Assembly: GCA_004297765.1 (NCBI GenBank)
Contig: SCTZ01000023.1
Span: 2,130-66,129 of the forward strand
Length of the DNA: 64,000 nucleotides
Direction of reading: 5' to 3'
Source of the DNA: Chloroflexota bacterium
GTDB lineage: Bacteria > Chloroflexota > Dehalococcoidia > FW602-bin16
Below the pieces are notes generated by a model. The model saw only the letters and a program-made list of their open reading frames with translations, did no database searches and had not been told where the DNA came from. Of this stretch, positions 46,101 to 56,700 are shown piece by piece. Made by a program: the position numbers and the translations under genes. Position 1 is the stretch's first letter, and every line of letters begins with the position of its first letter.

Positions 46101-46573
46101 CGAGGGCTATAGCTTCCGCCAGGATATGTACCAGGATAAGCCTGTGGGTAACCGGTGTTGGTAAAGGTAGTGTGCAACAGCGTCGGACCGCCGGTCACTC
46201 TCAGATCAAAGACGTCAGGCCCGTAGCCCGTATGGTTGCCATCCCATGACTTCAGGGCGTAAAAGTCCAGCGTCACTGTGACATCCGTATGTGCGGCCAG
46301 ATCGTTCAGGGTTAGCCTCACCATCGTATTGCCGAACTCGCCCAGGAACCGGCGGCCCCCTTTCGGCGTGGTGGACCTCGACGAGCTTGACCACTCGGAC
46401 CCAACCGGTGTCTCGAAACCCGTGCTGTACACGGTAATCGGCTCTGGCCCTGTGGCAACTACTCTCGTTGCAGCCGGCAGCAAAGTTGCCAATCCAAGGA
46501 CCAAACTAACCAGACTCCACAGGGCGAGCCACCTAGTCCGTGCAACTAGTCGCATATAACGTATATCCCCCAC
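40145..46573 (-). CDS. Large secreted surface protein: lectin-like head, He_PIG/BACON Ig domains, shared core, IPT/TIG, four CARDB repeats
   Basis: Signal peptide RWLALWSLVSLVLGLATLLPA, then SWDGN...[56 protein letters not shown] and four CARDB units. The start may be ATG 46555. Confidence 0.9.
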   Translation of the reverse strand: MGDIRYMRLVARTRWLALWSLVSLVLGLATLLPAATRVVATGPEPITVYSTGFETPVGSEWSSSSRSTTPKGGRRFLGEFGNTMVRLTLNDLAAHTDVTVTLDFYALKSWDGNHTGYGPDVFDLRVTGGPTLLHTTFTNTGYPQAYPGTYPGGSYSPRTGAEESNSLGYSFYGDTVYHLSYTIAHTANSLQLNFSGSGLQGISDESWGLDNVQVQITPAVPTLAITTSSPLPDGTQESSYSATLAASGGMSPYSWSVASGTLPDGLSLDPITGQINGTPGATGTFSFTAQVSDAAASTVSKAFSLTITPPPLPGLQVLPTQLSFVATQGGANPPDQNLQITNYGSNLTTLNWNATSSTTDGGSWLSMSPTSGSAIGGTSNTATVHMSTAGLAAGNYTGMLTIAGEAGTTTSPRQIPVNLQVNPPPVIPIGLQASTDKGLYDPGDTLVVTGTVTQGGNPIANASVQARYVAPDGVQQLITLSNGGSGNVYTGALSVGSTTGVGTLYLTAGTPDGLTAMATVGVTITGHKLTFAGNQSFPTSLRQSDNGTVTVNVWNEAYVPELTRLELTDITGGSPVLLASLEPSAAARTLNTYNLGFSAAGLDLGSHSLQVSLTKLPAGQAEGAVTQVSGTVTIVAPQPRMSVNPLAPTLSVQAGSATSQSITVKNNGQGSILTGIRMRLVSRSGGTPYPWVSLSASSLADLGYNQSSAFTVNVAPGASVVPNAYQDTAVQVDTDNGGSLQVPLTVYVDTMLHTSALFAVSDNTGQAVTDGQVKLTSTVAPYHSETKAVDVHGVVTFTNLSMGVPYSYEVTALHHDNATGFFTGQEDYAETVPVVLQVQAVQTTWTVVPTTIVDVYDINLQITYQVDVPIPQLAVDPALFAYTKDPANPSGPMLLNNSSATSGQMTVYNPSRIAVSNVVVDASFVNGVSVLLTYGGVTANKVTIPSIPPQSSMQVHYDTSAYCPSSQLNSEIRVSGEYTYFKITPALSLSENNWSMAVAAGAGATKNLTLSNTGYNVATDVTVSAPSRSWITVPHLLGNLGIGNTAAFPIVVNPPAGLAAGTYTEDLLITAGNSTPENHLVLTVVVAADGSFTFQGSYTAGSVAASTGNIQTKVPVIVYTCPTAGSGGGGGGGGGGGGGVSVPSVTYTPGGGVVFTYPSGGVPPNITPPPLPQQTAHEVVQLDIPQKATLERQAFEATLQTTNTAGATLENFQVTIKVTDLAGSETNASGQRYVDLFAITPPTESGYGVNHSILDGQTATSEWTLIPAAGLGGTDPAGQKYAVSAIYAYNLVGTPQSVTTSAVEITIYPMPQLLIDYYVPRDIQANHPVKLGVVVRNVGAGPAKNLTIISGQPQIVDNKSGLLITFGLLGASLKGASVPASNLTLSFGDLPAGGQTWGYWVLGTDVDGQVTGFTATYSQRDYKGATLSPLIVGVHTNIIVQGDVVPSGGQSLQVVAPSMDVDPDVLMDLNTAIATPLTTVYVTNATLATMAVPTTTYGVAANGGWVLAVVPDPLPGIALKSVRASYPGESSAELYTGSGLVWRGKDPQGNKVYVVDTPKGGVGATTTYAIGYTANPLPSITTIGPQSAKAGGPAASVVVTGTGFTSNAVVSWDGTPLTTVYIMENRLAATVPASLITTARTAQITVVNPTPGGGTSNAVSFSVLGWSDLTPTELTSPGTALPGQTIVLTWTVKNQGDGDAAASWQDRIYLSTDGSLDSGDTYVTLVSRGVTQAAGSSYTVTQSVSVPKVAPGSYQLILRTDMYDAVKESDETNNERVVPLVVQAPDLAPTEFTTPSTAMPGQMVPISWTVKNKGNGDAAPSWQDRVYLSTDDKWDSGDSFLTLVTRGVTLAAGSSYTETQSVTLPKTAGSYSLILRTDMYNGVAESDEANNERVVSLVVEAPDLTPTALTAPAVGIAYQTIPVTWTVKNQGNGDAEPSWYDQVYLSTDAVWDSADRLMTSVTRGVTQAAGSSYTVKRTAYLPKVAAGSYWVIVRTDTGNSVGETDETNNIRVVPVEIRVPDLVPTSLTYAGTGKVGQSLTISWTVKNQGNGDALTTFGDWADKVYLSTNGTWDSGDTLVGSVSHSVAVSAGGSYTASLTITVPSVAAGNYFLILRSDADNVLFENSEANNTAAVPLAVTAGS

Positions 46574-49500
46574 TCATTAGATGTTCCACCACCCCACGCC
46601 AGCTGCAGACAAACAGATTATCCTACTGCTAGCCGTAGCGCGTGCCGCCGGTCGCATCTGCAAGCGCTACGGCATGTTGCCAAGGTGCTTAAGGCGTCAC
46701 CGCGATAGGCACGGCCGAGCTGTTGTTGGTCTCGGCCAACTCCTTGACCCCGTTGAAGTGATCTGTCAGCAGAACCAGATAGTAGTTGCCAGCCGCCACC
46801 TTGGGCAGCGTCACGCTCCGCGTCACCGTGTAGCTGCTCCCCGCCGTCGCCGTCACGCTCTGCGTGACGCTGGTCACGTAGGTATCCCCGCCGTCGTAGC
46901 TGTTATCCGTCGACAGGTACACTCGATCTTGCCAGGACGGGGCCGCATCGCTCGTCCCCTGGTTCGTGATCGTCCAGGTGAGTGTGATCGTCTGCCCCCC
47001 GATCCCCGCGCTAGAGGCTGTGAAGTCAGTCGGCACCAGATCCGGTCCCGGCTTCACCATCAGCGTCAGCGGCACCGCGTAGCTGTTGTTGCTCTCGTCC
47101 GACTCCTTCACCCCGTCGAACACGTCCGTCCGCACGATCAGGTAGTAGCTCCCCGACAGGTTGGGTAGCGTCACCCCTGCCGTCACGCTGTAGCTGCTGC
47201 CCACCGGCAGGGCCACCCCCCGCGTGGCGTTGGCCAGGTAGGTGTCCCCACTGTCGTAGACGTTGTCCGTCGAGAGGTAGACCCGATCCTGCCAGGACGG
47301 CGCGGCATCGCCGTTGCCCTGGTTCTTCACAGTCCAGGTCACGCTGATGGCCTGCCCCGGACTGGCCGTGCCCGGCGCACTCAGAGCCGTCGGCACGAGC
47401 TCCGGCTTCGTCACCAGCGTCAGCGACTCCACCAGGCTGTTGTTGCTCTCGTCCAGCTCCTTGACCCCGTCGTACATGTCCGTCCGGAAGATCAGGTAGT
47501 AGCTCCCCACCGCCACCTTGGGCAGCACCACGTTCTGGTTCACGGTGTAGCTGCCACCCACCGGCACAACCACGCTCCGCGTGACACTCGCCAGGTAGGT
47601 ATCCCCGCTATCGTAGACGTCGTTCGTCGACAGGTAGACCCGATCCTGCCACGAGGAGGACGTGTCCCCGTTGCCCTGGTTCTTCACGGTCCAACTGATG
47701 GGCACCGTCTGCCCAGGTACGGCCGTGCTCGGCGTGCTGAAGTTGGTCGGCACCAGATCCGGCTTGGTGTACAGCGTGATAGGCACGCTCACCGTATTGT
47801 TGTCCTCGTCCAGCTCCTTGACCGTGTTGTACATGTCCGTGCGGAAGAGCAGGTAGTAGCTCCCAGCTCCCACCTTCGGCAGCACTACGTTCTGCGTCAC
47901 GCTGTAGCTGCCGCCCATCGCCACCGTCAGGCTCCGCGTGACGCTCGCCAGGTAGGTATCCCCACTATCGTAGACGGTATCCGTCGATAGGTAGACCCGG
48001 TCCTGCCAGGACGGCGCGGCGTCCTCATTCCCCTGGTTTCTGACGGTCCAGGCCAGCGGCACCGTCTGCCCCGGCATGGCCGTGCTCGGCGCCCCGTAGC
48101 TGGTCAGGACCAGGTCCGGCTTGGTGATCAGGGTAACGGGAATAGCCGAGCTATTGTTGTTCTCGTCCGCCTCGCTCACCCCGCCGTACATGTCGCTGAG
48201 CAAGATAAGATAGTAGTTGCCCGCCACCACCTTAGGCAGCAGCGCGCTCTGCGTCACCGTGTAGCTGTTCCCCGCCGTGAGGGGCGTCTCGCGCGTGAAC
48301 AGCGTCACGTATGCGTCCCCGCTGTCGTAGACGTTGTCTGTCGACAGGTAGACTCGATCCTGCCAGGACGGTGTGGACTCCTGGTTGCCCTGGTTCTTAA
48401 CCGTCCACGTCAGGGGCAGGCTCTGTCCCGGCATGGCCGTGCTCGGTCCACTGAAGGCGGTCGGCGTCAGGTCTGGCGCCTGGATCAGGAGCGGCACCAC
48501 CGAGGTGTTGTTGCTCTCGTCCAGCTCTTTCACCACGTTGTACATGTCGCTGCGGAAGATCAAGTAGTAGCTCCCCAGCACCTTCGGCAGAGACACGTTC
48601 TGGGTCAGCGTGTAGCTGCTGCCCGCCGTGAGCATGGCGCTCTGCGTGGCGCTAGTCAGGAAGCTATCCCCGCTGTCGTAGGTCGTATCCGTGGACAAGT
48701 AGACCCGATCCTGCCAGGAGGGCAAGACGTCCTGGTTGCCCGCGTTCTTGACGGTCCAGCTGAGTGGCACCATCTGCCCCGGCAGGGCCGTGCTCGGCGC
48801 GGTGAAGGTCAGCGGAGTCAGGTCTGGCGCCTGGATCGTGAGCGGCGTCACCCACGTGTTGTTGGTCTCATCCGCCTCGTCCAGCACGTCATACATGTCC
48901 GTGCGCAGGAGCAGGTAGTAGCTCCCCACCACCTTGGGCAGCGTCACGTTCTGGGTCAGTGTGTAGCTGTTGCCAGCCGTGAGGATAACGCTCCGCGTGA
49001 CGCTGGTCAGGTAGGTATCTCCGCTATCGTAGGTCGTATCCGTCGACAGATAGACCCGATCCTGCCAGGACGGGGTCGCGTCTCCGTGACCCTGGTTCTT
49101 CACCGTCCAGGTGAGCGGGACGGTTTGACCTGGCGTGGCCAAGCTCAGCGCCACAAGCTCGGTCGGCACCAGATCGGGTGTGGGCATGGCGCCTGCCCCG
49201 AAGGGCGTGCCCGTCAACTGACTCAGGCTGGGTACCGTGGTATCCGTGATGGTGATGGTCACACACTTGCTGACCGGGTCGTAGATCTGGTTGGAGGCCA
49301 GGACCCAGTTGGACCCATCGTACCAGTAGACCTGCGTGCCACCGTTGAGGTTGCAATCCACGATGGTCAGAGACGTGAAGCTGCTCCCCGGCGCGACGTA
49401 GACGTCGATGTAGCCTCCGGTCGCCGCGAAGCTGGGATCCTGGCCAGGGTTGGTGGCGTAGGTCGCCACCGCGACCGTTCCACTACCCGACGCATCGACC

Positions 49501-52500
49501 GAGACGCTGCCTGGTGTTCCGACACCGGTTCCACCCACGGTCGCGCTGGCCGTACCGCCGGGGTTAGTACTCGTCCCCACGCTGCTGGCGGTCACCACCG
49601 CTCCTGTATCCGTCACGTAGAACGGCAGCATGTTCGAGGTCCCGCCGCCCGGCGCCGGGTTGACCACCGTAATCTGGCCGGTGCCCCAACTGGTGATGTT
49701 AGAGGCCGGCAGCATCGCGGTTAGATGCGTGCTATCAATGTAGGTGGTGGCCAGCGGGATGTTGAGCCACTTCACCACCGAGCTGCTCACGAAACCCGTT
49801 CCCGTCACGGCAAGCGTGATGGCCGGATCACCCGGAGTGGCCGTCTTGGCCGACATAGGGCTGATGCCCATCAGGGTCGGCACCGGGTTGACGTCGTACG
49901 CGATCGCGTAGCAGGTATCACCACCGGCCCTGGGGGTATCCACAACGTAGACCTTCTTGCCCTGTGGATCGCTCCCCCGCCATACCAGTCCGCTGCCGTT
50001 GTAGAGCTCCGCGCTGGTGCCATCCGGGTAATTCGCCAATACCGACTTCAACCCAACGGCCGGCAGTGCATCCGGCACCACCGAGAGCACCCAGCCGCCA
50101 TTGGGCGCCACACACCAGGTCGTGGTTGGCACGCTCGAGGTGGCCGGCGACGAGTTGGTCACATACTCCGTCAAGAGCGGCGTCGAGATGCCGGTGGTCA
50201 GATTCATCAAGGCGTTGGGGTCGACGCCCTGGCTGGGGGAGACAAGCTCCAGCGATTGGCCGCCGCTGGGGACGATATCACCCTGCACTATGATGTTGGT
50301 GTGCACCGCCAGGATCAGCGGACTCAGCGTCGCCCCCTTGTAGTCCTGCTGCGTGTAAGTGGCCGTGAAGGCCGTGACCTGTCCGTCCAGGTCGGTCCCC
50401 AGCACCCAGTAGCCCCAGGTCTGACCGCCGGCCGGCACGTCCCCGAAGCTCAAGGTCAGGCTATTGGCTGGAATACTCGCCCCCTTCAGGCTCGCTCCCA
50501 GCAAGGCGAACGTAATCAACAGCCCGCTCTGGTTTTCCTTGATCTGCGGCTGCCCGCTCACGATAGTCAGGTTCTTGGCCGGTCCTGCCCCCACGTTCCG
50601 CACCACTACCCCGAGCTTCACCGGCTGGTTAGCCTTGATGTCCCGCGGCACGTAGTAGTCGAGCAATAGCTGCGGCATCGGGTAGATCGTGATGTCCACA
50701 GCCTCGGTCGTCACGCGCACGGTGCTCGGGAACTCGCTGCCGCCAGTGAAGATCTCGTAGGAGTACGTGGCCGAAACCTTGTAGTGGGTTCCGTTGGGAT
50801 TCGATCCGCCCAGTCCCTCCGACGGGATCAGCGTCCACTCGCTTGTGGCCGTCTGACCGTCGCCTATAGAATGGCCTGAGCCGTAGCCGCTCTCAGTGGG
50901 TGGCGTGATGGCGAACAGATCCACGTAGCGCTGTCCGGACGAATTGGTCGCTGATCCCTGCTCGTCCATGACGTTGATGGTCACCTGGAAGTTGCCCAGG
51001 GTGGTCCCCGAGGTATTGGTCGTCTGCAGCGCGGCCTCGAAGGCCTGGCGCTCCAGGGTGGCCTTCTGCGGAATCTCCAGCTTTATGATCTCGTGGGCCA
51101 TCGGCGTCGGCGGCGGTGGTGGCGTGATGTTCGGCGGCGTCGTCCCCGAAGGATATGTAAAGATGACTCCGCCGCCAGACGTGAACGAGAGCGTTGGCGC
51201 GCCGCCGCCCGTTGAATACCCGCCCGACCCCGGCAGCGGGTCAGCACAACTGTAGACCCTGACGGGCACGATAGTCTGAATGTGGCCGGTGGAAGGCGGC
51301 ACGCTGCCGGCAGTGTAGGCGCCCTGGAACGTGAAGCTCCCGTCCGTGGCCACTTCCACGGTCAGCACGAGGTGATTGTCCGGCGTGCTGTTGCCGGCCG
51401 TGATCAACAGATCCTCCGAGTAGGTTCCCGCTGGCGTGCCCACCGGCGGATTCACCACGATCGGGAATGGAGCCATCGCTCCGATCCCCAGATCGCCCAG
51501 CAGATGCGGCACCGTGATCCAGTTGTAGCTCGGATTGCTCACCGTAATGCCGGTCGCCACGTTATAGCCCGTGTTGCTGACCGTCATGGGCTTGGTCACA
51601 CCGATGCCCGCGGTACCGGACATGCTCCAGTTGTTCTCGTTGAGCGAGATAGTCGGCGTGATCTTGAAGTAGGTGTAGTCGGCCGACACGTAGATGTTGC
51701 TGCTCAGCGTGCTAACCGGGCAATAGGCGCTGGTATCGTAGCGAAGCGTCACGTTGCTCAGGGGCGGAATGGACGAAATGGTCACCTTGTTGCCCACCTG
51801 GCCGTCATAAGCCAGTGTGACGTTGACCCCGTTCACGAAGGAGGCATCCACCACCACGTTATTGACAGTGATACGGCTCGGGTTGTAGATGGTCATCTGT
51901 CCGGATGTGGACGAGCTGTTATTCAGCAGCATAGGACCGCCTGGATTGGCCGGATCCTTGGTGTAGTTGAACAAGGCTGGATCCACCGCCAGTTGCGGGA
52001 TCGGCACGTCCACCTCATAGGTGATCTGTAGGTTGATGTCGTAGACGTCCTCGATGGTGGTCGGCACCACCGTCCAGGTGGTCTGGATGGCCTGCACCGC
52101 CAGCACCACCGGCACGGTCTTCGTATCCAGGCTATCGGCCGTGACATAGCCGACCGCGTTATCATGATGCGGTGCAGTGGCGTTGTAGCTGTACGGGATG
52201 CCCACGCTGACGTTGTCGAAGAAGGCCAGTCCGTGACCGTCCGGAGTCAAGTTGACCGTTCGGCTCGTGTACGGCGCCACTGTCGAGGTGAGCGTCACTT
52301 TGCCATCAGTCACCGCCTGACCCGTGTCGTCGCTCACCGCGAAGACCACGGTCGTGTGCTGATTGCTATCGACGTACACTGTCAGCGGCAACTGGAGGCT
52401 ACCGCCGTTGTCGGTATTGATCTGGATGGCCGTGTCCTGATAGCCGTTGGGCACGGTGTCCGCCGGCGGGCTGGCAATGACCCTGAACGAGCTGCTGCCA

Positions 52501-53700
52501 CCGTAGCCCAGCGGGCTTATGCTGGTGACGCTGAGGCTGACCCACGGATAGACCGTCCCACCCGTGCGCGACACCAGGCTCATCGTGATCCCGGTCAGTG
52601 AGCTGCCCTGCCCTTTGTTTTCGATGGTGATGGTCTGGCTGACCGATCCGCCGGCCTGCACGGAGACGGTCGGGGCCAGAGGATTGACGCTCATCTGGGG
52701 CCGCGGCTCGACGATGGTGACCGTACGTGTGATCTCGGTCACGGCATCCGGGTCCTGGACTGCCGGCAGCTTCGTGATCGTCGCACGCAGCGTGTGCGGT
52801 CCCAGAGCCAGGCCAGCCGCGCTGAAGCCCAGGTTGTAGCTGTTCAGGCTGCGCGGGAGCGCCGTAACGGGGTCCAGGGTAGCCAGGATCACCGGCGTCG
52901 GGCCCGTGACGTCCGCCAACTCCAACGCAGTCTTCTCTTTAACGTAGGCCTCGTTCCAGACGTTCACGTTGACCGTGCCGTTGTCGCTCTGCCGCAGTGA
53001 GGTCGGGAAGGTCTGGTTCCCCGCGAATTCCAGGGTGTGCGCGCTGATGATAATAGAGACAGTACCCGTGGCGGTCAGACCCTCGGGCGTCCCAGCCGTC
53101 ACGTACACCACGCCAGTCCCCAGCGCGGAGCCGAGTGTGATCGAGCCAGTGTAGACGTTGCTCGCCCCAACCTGGCTCAGAGCCACCAACTGCTGCGTGC
53201 CATCCGGCTCGACCAAGCGCGCCTGGGCGGCAGCGTTGGTGATCGGCGTGCCACCCTGCGTAACGGTGGCTGAGATCACAGCCGTCTCGCCCGGGGCGTA
53301 GGAACTGTCAGGAGGCATCTTATCCGCGCTCACCTGGACGTACAGCGGTATCGGTGGGGCCGGATTCACGTGCAGGCTAACGGGGATCTCCCGCGGACTA
53401 TCGGTCGTTCCCGCCGCACCCGTGATCGTGACTGTTCCGGAGTACACACCGGTCGTCAGACCGGCGATACTCACATGGACGTTGGCCGTATTCTTATTCC
53501 CGCCGACGGCCGAGCCGTGGTCAGGATTGATGGTCAGCCAGTTTCCACCATCGATGGTGCTGACCGTGGCATTCCAGATCAACATCTGGCCACCGCTGTT
53601 GGTGACCTGTAGCTGCTGATCCAGCGGATTAACCCCGCCCTGTGTGGCGACGAAGGTCAGCAAGCTTGGCGAGACCTGCAGCCCGGGCGGTGGCGGCGCA
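41590..53700 (-). repeat. ~4.1-kb direct duplication (41590-45650 and 49620-53700) shared by the two large surface proteins
   Basis: Colinear from [17 protein letters not shown] to PGGGTSN, with long identical peptides such as [13 protein letters not shown] and [16 protein letters not shown]. Confidence 0.9.
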
Positions 53701-56700
53701 CCCATGGTCAGGGTAGCCGTCACGACTTGCGGGCTGTGGAGAGCGTTGGCATCGCTCAGGGTGATGGTAGCCGTGTAGACCCCGGCGAACAGACCAACCG
53801 TGTTCACATTGACCCCAACCACCTGCTTGCCACCTGCCGCGGCCACGTTGCCGCTGGACGGGCTGAGAGTCAGCCATGGCGTGTTGTTGGAGGTCGCGAC
53901 GCTGCTGCTCCAGCTCAGAGCCGTGCCGCCCGTGTTGCTGATCGTTAACGAGGACGACGGGTTGGACGGCACACCTTCTTGCCCGTTGAAGCTAAACGTC
54001 TGCGGCGACACGGCCATGTCTGCCTGGGTCGGCCGCTCGTTGGTGTGCAGTGTCACCTGGATGGTCTTGGGACTGTTTAGCGTGGCCGGGTCGCCGGTCA
54101 CAGTAATCGTGCCGGTATACGTATCGGCCGCCAGACCGGTGCTCGTGATTACCACGCTGACATCTACCTGCCCACCGGCATTCAGCGAGCCGCCAGTGGT
54201 GGACAGATCCAGCCAGTTGCCGCCATCGCTGGTCATAGTGCTTGCGGTCCAGGTCATACCCGTTCCGCCCGTATTGCTCACCCTGAAGCTCTGCGGATCG
54301 GGGTTCGTATCCGTATAGGTCGTGAACGTGAGCTGGCTCTTGTTCAGCGTCAACTGCGCGGCCGGCGAGGCCACGTCCAGACGCACGTTGACGACTTTGT
54401 ACCCGTTGGTCGTGCCGGCCCCGCCGTCGACCACGATCTGTCCCGAGTAGCTGCCGGCGCTCAGACCGGCCGAGTCGGCGCGGACGGTAACAGACGACGC
54501 GCTGTTCCAGGCTGCCGTGCCGCTATTGCTGCTGAGCGACAGCCAGTTGCCACCGATCGTATTGCTCACCGTAGCGGTCCAGCTCAGCGTGGTGCCCTGG
54601 CTGGAGTTGCCGATGGTGAGAGACTGGTCCGCTGGTACGCCCGCGCCCTCGACCGCCCCGAAGGTGAGACTCGACGGGCTCACGCTCATGAACGGCGCGC
54701 CGGGCGCCACGACCTGGAAGTCAGCGCTGTTCTGGTAGCCGCTGGATTGTCCGGTGAACACGACCTGGTATTGGCCGGGCGCCGCGTCGATCCGCGTCGT
54801 CAAGGATGCATACTTGTTTCCATACGCATCGGCCGTGATGGTGGTCGGGTCAAACAGGCCGGTGGGAGACGAGCTCACGGAAATGGTCTCGCCGGACTTG
54901 AAACCGTAGCCATAGGCGTAGAAACCAGTCGCGACAGTCGCCGTGGAAGAGCTCTTGCTCAGCCAAACGTAGGTCTGATAGAGGGTCACCCGCTGGACCA
55001 CCCCGCTTTGCGCACCGGTTAGCGTCAGCGTCCACTGCTGATAGTTGCCGGTGGAGGTCACGCGACGCGTCGTGTTGACCGCGCCGGTCACGTCGGCCAT
55101 GACGGCGAAATCGCCGAACGGTCCTCCGGTAATCGACACCTGTTCCTCGGGCTGGAAGCCCAGGGCGCTGATGGTGAGCGTCGGGCTCTCATAGGTCAGC
55201 CACTGGTTAGGTGTAACGCTGGCACTGCCCACGCCGAGCTGTTTGGACGACGAAGTGTATCCGCTGACGTCGCCGCTGGCCGTGAGAGAGTAGGTGCCGG
55301 CCGTGGCCGAGATGGGCACGGTCAACTGCCAGTCTCCAGCCGATGAGGCGGTCGCGATAGTCTGTCCATTGAGAATGGCCGTATCCCCGCTCAGCGTGAC
55401 GCCCTCGCCCGGCTGGAAGCCCCAGCCTCGTAGGACAACGGTCGTGGTCGTCCCGGCGGGAATCAACGCGACGTGATTGCTGCCGCCGGAATCGTGGAAG
55501 TCGAAGTCGGTCTGAAAGATGCGGGTGTGGAAGTCCATCCCGCTGACACGCCCCTTGGCACGTAGGTCGTAGTCGCCCGACCAGATGTTGGGATTGATCT
55601 GGACCGTCACTCCGAAGTGCCCGAACGCATCGGTGAGAACCGGGAAGTCAGTGAAAGCCGCTCCCCCCCAGTAGTCCAGGTTATTCACGCGCCGCGCCCA
55701 CAGATCTACCCACTCGTTGGGCGCGTAGCCGCTTCCCTCGACGAACAACTGAGGAGTCTGGCCGTTGTTGTAAGACCACTGCAGCGGGTTGACGCTGACC
55801 TGGGACGCGCTGAACTGTCGCTGCAGATCCGACCCCGAGCTCTCGCCCACAGCGTGGACGACGTACGTTCCCACCGGTGCGGTGGCCAGCGTGCTGAACG
55901 TCGCGTGGACGTAGCCAGAACTGTTGGCCGTCGCCGCGAACGGTGTGAAGAGGTCACCGGGTGTGGCCGTAAAGGTGATCGTCTCGCTCGGCGCCATGCC
56001 CCATACGTCCGCCGTGAGGGTTGCGGCCTGTCCGGCCACCGCGGAGGCGGGCGTGAGATCGAAACGCTGCAGCCCGTAGTAGGTGGTTGCGGAGAGTTCG
56101 CTCGACACGCCGGTCAAGGTGACAGACTGTCGACCCGCGTAGCCGGCACTGGAGTAGGTCACGAAGCGCTCGAGCGAGACCTGCCCGCCGGCGTCGGCCG
56201 TGGTCCGGCTGCGATCGAAGATTCCGCTCGTCACGTCCACCGACTCGCCCGGATTAAAGCCAGCGCCGATGATAACCAGCCGCTGGGGCACGTTAATGGA
56301 CCCAAAGGCCGGCGAGACCGCGGCCGTGGGGCCGCCCACCGGCTGGATGCTCAGGCGGACCTCCAGCGACTGCGGAGAAGCGTCAGCGCCCGGCGCGCTC
56401 AAAGTCACGGTTCCGGTGTAGACGCCTACCGTCAATCCGGTTGGGTTGATCCGAGCGTAGTAGTAGCCGCAGGACCCAGCGTTGAGACCGCTGCCGCTAT
56501 CGGCGCTCAGCCAGCTTCCGCCGGAGCCGGTGGAGGACGACGACGTGAAGCTCAACGTTCCGCCGCCCTTGTTGCACACGCGGAATGATTGTGACTGCAA
56601 GCTTGTGCTGCCTACGGTGGCCACGAAGGCGGGCGAGCTAGGATCGACGTTCAAGATCGGATTGCCCGGCGCGGCCAACAGGACATCCATACTGGCACTG

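Noticed and set aside
46700-49190. Regular ~360-bp repeats as a CRISPR array
   Set aside because: They are in-frame CARDB coding repeats, with no short repeat-spacer pattern and no cas genes.
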